Shown here in pieces: positions 58,034 to 64,000 of a stretch of 64,000 bases of DNA. The stretch is from the human T2T-CHM13v2.0 reference genome, Homo sapiens. The stretch lies in assembly GCF_009914755.1 (NCBI RefSeq), contig NC_060931.1. One strand, written 5' to 3'. The notes beneath the pieces are model-generated. The model did no database searches, was not told where the DNA came from, and saw only the letters and a list, made by a program, of their open reading frames with translations. Position 1 is the stretch's first letter. Each line of letters opens with the position of its first letter. Position numbers and translations under genes: made by a program.

Positions 58034-60045
58034 GGCACACACTTGATTTGGGATATTTTAGTAAATAAACAGATAAGCACAAAAAGGATGCTTTAGGCAG
58101 GAAGAACAAAGTCAGAGAGGAGTCAAGTGGAACTTAGGGGATACTAATAGAACTCCATAATTTAATTTGCATAGAGGGAAGTTTGTAGTTGATGAGAGAA
58201 ATTTAGATTGGACTCAAATTAGTTAAAGCCATTTGTGCCAAGTTAAATAATCTTTATCTAAGATAATACAGAAGGATAGTAAAATCTCATTCTTTCTGGC
58301 ATTGTGGAACTTTACAAATTCCATTTAAATTTATTTTTAAACACTTCCCTTACAGGGTAATCTCAAAATAAAATGACGCAGTTTAAAACAATAACAATTA
58401 TTCAAAAAAATAGAAACATGTTGTGAAAATACAGATTATTTCTCTATTTTAATTAAGAATGGTAGTAACAGCAGTAATATATCTTCTGCCTGCAGTGTCA
58501 CCCACCATCTGTGTGTTTCTTGACCCCTGGCAATAGTCCCAGGCATGGATAGAAATCATCCCTGCAGTGGGTGCAGCCACATTAATTTTCACTAGGGCTT
58601 CATAGTAAGTTTCCATATTGCAGTTCTTTTAGGGAGAGACCTCTGGTCACTCGACTTCATGGCAGACAGCTCAGCTAATTGAAGAAGTGATAGTATTCTC
58701 TACAACCATGAGTACAATTAATGAAAGTATTCTGCTATTGCCTAGGCTTAGATTTTTTTTCTTCACATAATTTATCAGAGAATTTGAGGTTTGCAAATAG
58801 ATTTTTAAGATGTCATTTGGGACTTTCACTGACCTCCAGAACAGGGCCATTTCCATTCTTCTTCTGAGCAGCTTGCCTATTTGACTTTAACAAGCCACCA
58901 GAACAGCTGCCCTAACACCCCTGCTGTTGCTATTTCTGATATTACTAGTCTAGCACCAAGGTTTACTTATTTTTTCTCTTTTCTCATCATCAGCCAGCTA
59001 TGAAAAAAGAACCATTCTTCATGATAAAGGTCATATTTGCATTTCAAAATTTTGAGTGACTGTACTGCCTGATATTAATATATATTATAAATAATATGGA
59101 CTCAAATTTCCAAGTAGCAGCATTGACTATAAATAAATATATCTAGGTAGGAACTATAGGAGGCTCACCTATCAATGATTGTTTCCAGTTTTAAAGATAT
59201 ACTTTTAATAAACTATAATATGATTTCCTGTAAGATACAGTTTTTCATATAAAAACCAAAGTGGCAAGTACAGTTCAAGTAATTCCAAAGTTCCTCTTGC
59301 ATGAATAGCCTTCTCACATATGTTATCCTAACATTGATCTTTCATTTAACTTCAAAGTATGCTCTATTTCCCTCTGTGAAATCGGACTTTGTACTTCATT
59401 GGTCATTTTATCCACATATGCTTTCTCTTTATGTTTCTTTATTTGGTTCCAAAAATATTGGCATTGTAATAAGTAGAGATTTTATCAGGTATATCATAAA
59501 AATAATTATTTATCCTTTTCAGGAAATCAAAAAAGTGAGGAAATGGCTCCAAAAACTTAGTACTAATGTTTGTGTGTCTGTGTTTGTGTGTGTGTGTGTC
59601 TTTGGGAGTGTTGGCAATGGAAAGAAGTTAAACTGAAATTGCATACACTAAGTTGTACCAATATTTTGTGAATCAATTTAGATAATTCTGTGCTACTAAA
59701 TTGGGAACATTATTTATTAGAAAAAGGACTTCCCTGAGAATTGAGGAGTTCACTGTTTGGAGTGATTTGACCAACTGGTTATTTTATCATTCTGCAGACC
59801 TTGATTTAAACCACATTTTATGTCCTTATATTCCCTCCTTTTCATTTGTTGATATTGATCCTTTGTTTCACCTTTTTAACCCATTCCCTCAAAATATGAA
59901 ATGCTTCTTTCTTCTTTCCAAGGCTATATTTCCCACCTGCTAGTGACTGGATTCCCTCTCTCCTTTGTGAACTTGCTCTATCCATTGTAATTTCTCTGTT
60001 TTGTATATTCTACACCTTTTATAGTAGCTATTTGATATCAGCCTA

Positions 60046-60330
60046 TGTTATCAGGATTCTGGTGGTTGCAAGTGACAAATCAAATTTGTAAGTGTGGAAA
60101 TTTATTGGTTCACAAATTTGAAAAGACCAAAGCAATAATTAGTTTTAAACATGACTGCATCCATGGGCTCAGATGATAACATTTTTTTCTTTCATCTCTT
60201 CACTCTACTTCCCTCTATGTGTTGATCAAACTTATTTCCACCAAATATGGTCTAGTTATATATGGGACCTGGAGTGACCATAGATGTCTTCAGACCTTAT
60301 CCTACAAGCCAGGCATTGCAGAAGACAGGA
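60046..60330 (-). mobile_element. Old MLT1 (J/K/L-like) LTR fragment
   Basis: ggttgcaagtgaca...aatttattggttcaca...catccatgggctcagatgat. Confidence 0.55.
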
Positions 60331-61769
60331 CTTCTGGTTGTCCACAGTCAGTTAATGGTTCTTAAGTTCTTGAACTACTGCTGAAATCGGTAGCAAGGAA
60401 GGAGTCATTTTCTAATAGAAGGATGTTTTTGCTTTTTCATTTGAATAAGAGAAGAAATGCTGAATAGTGAAGCAATAGGTGTCCTCTAAATATATTTGTT
60501 TCTTAACATAGAAAGTACCTTGGGTAGGATAGAAACATAAAAGAGGAAGAGAATTTGGAGAGATTAAAAATCTGATTTGTGACATATTGTGGGGTTTCTG
60601 TATGTCTGGTGATAGGTAGCTGAAAATACAGATTGCACTTTAGGATAATGAAATTCACTGTCTTCAATATATTACTCTCTATTTAATTATATCTTTTCTG
60701 GAAATAATCTCTCTTTGGTAATCTAAAGGCTGCCCACATTTCACTTTGCTCTTCCTACACATGTTGCTGTGATGAACCTTTTGGACCAAAAGTCTAATGA
60801 GTATCTTTCTCCTATGTTTATTAAAAACAGCATTCTTACTAAAAGTAATGACTACTTTTCTTTCTTCATAGTACTTGATTACATTGTCTTTGACATTATT
60901 CAATGCTGTATTTCCAACTCCCTATCAACAGACACACACAAATCACAATATCTCACAAATCCAATTTTTAATAATCACTTCCAGATTCCTCCTCTTTCTA
61001 TGTTTTTATCATATTCAACGATTTTAACAATTCTTTTTTAAAACATCTAGGGAAGTCAGTCAATATTGGCTTTCCTCTTTCTCATGTGTACATTCAGCAT
61101 CCCAACAAATCCCACCTATGTTAGACTTCTTTAGAGTCTCTTCTCTGCTTTCCAACAACATTGCAAACATTTCATGACGAGATCTTTCTTAAACTATTCC
61201 AACAGCTTTTTAACAGTCTGCAGTCTTCATTCTTTTCTATTCCAGGCAGCAAGGCACAAAGCTATTTGATTTATTTTTCTTTTTTTTTCAAGTAGACATT
61301 TTCTTTTTAATAAAACAGAGCGCAAATTTAAGAGTCTTGTAATGGGATTCAACATTTTTCCTTCACGCAGCTCGGGTGTGAGTACCTGGCTTTAAAGCAA
61401 ATCCAGTATGTGAAAATGGGGATGTGTACCCATCAGATCTGGGGCAAGAGATTCACTTCACAGAGTGAATGCTTCTTTTCTTTACCAGAGGAATTTTCAT
61501 AGTATTCTCTGGAAGGGATAAGCTTTCCTCATACATATAAACACTTAGTAAATTTTTAATTTAAGTACACTCTTTAGACAAGTGCTGTATAAAGAGAAGA
61601 CTCAGATCAGGCAGATGGTGCCTATTATTTTTCAAGCAATTACCTTAATTCAAATGAAATCCAAATGTTTTGTCAACATCTGGTTGGCATTCAGTGCCTT
61701 GCCTAGATTGTTCTTTTTTATTTTTTATTTTTTGGTAATAGAAAAATTTATTTTTTCAAATTAACATGT

Positions 61770-64000
<2,231 letters not shown>

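Overview
AT-rich primate DNA, almost certainly human (AluY, LTR12C and L1PA elements are present), lying inside the very large gene ZNF804B on the + strand. The only host coding sequence I can support is one 141-bp, phase 0-0 exon at 10745-10885. It encodes the C2H2-type zinc finger ([47 protein letters not shown]) and I recognise it as coding exon 2. Everything else is intron filled with repeats: about 11 Alus, several L1s, a complete antisense LTR12C, MER34-type/MLT2/MaLR LTRs, a Tigger cluster, MER63/MER53/MADE1, MIR, L2 and simple repeats. The L1s include a near full-length sense L1PA16-like copy, nested in an older L1M, with a tandem-monomer 5'UTR. Almost all other ORFs in the track are repeat artefacts or decayed transposon ORFs. 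I found no convincing new multi-gene system. The best leads are regulatory or structural: the antisense LTR12C promoter; a pair of Alus with unusually preserved CpGs 2 kb upstream of the exon; a second splice donor that would extend the exon into a stop codon; a ~480-bp purine-pyrimidine array with mirror-image halves; and several repair or template-switch scars. Subfamily names come from my recall of consensus sequences, not from a database run.
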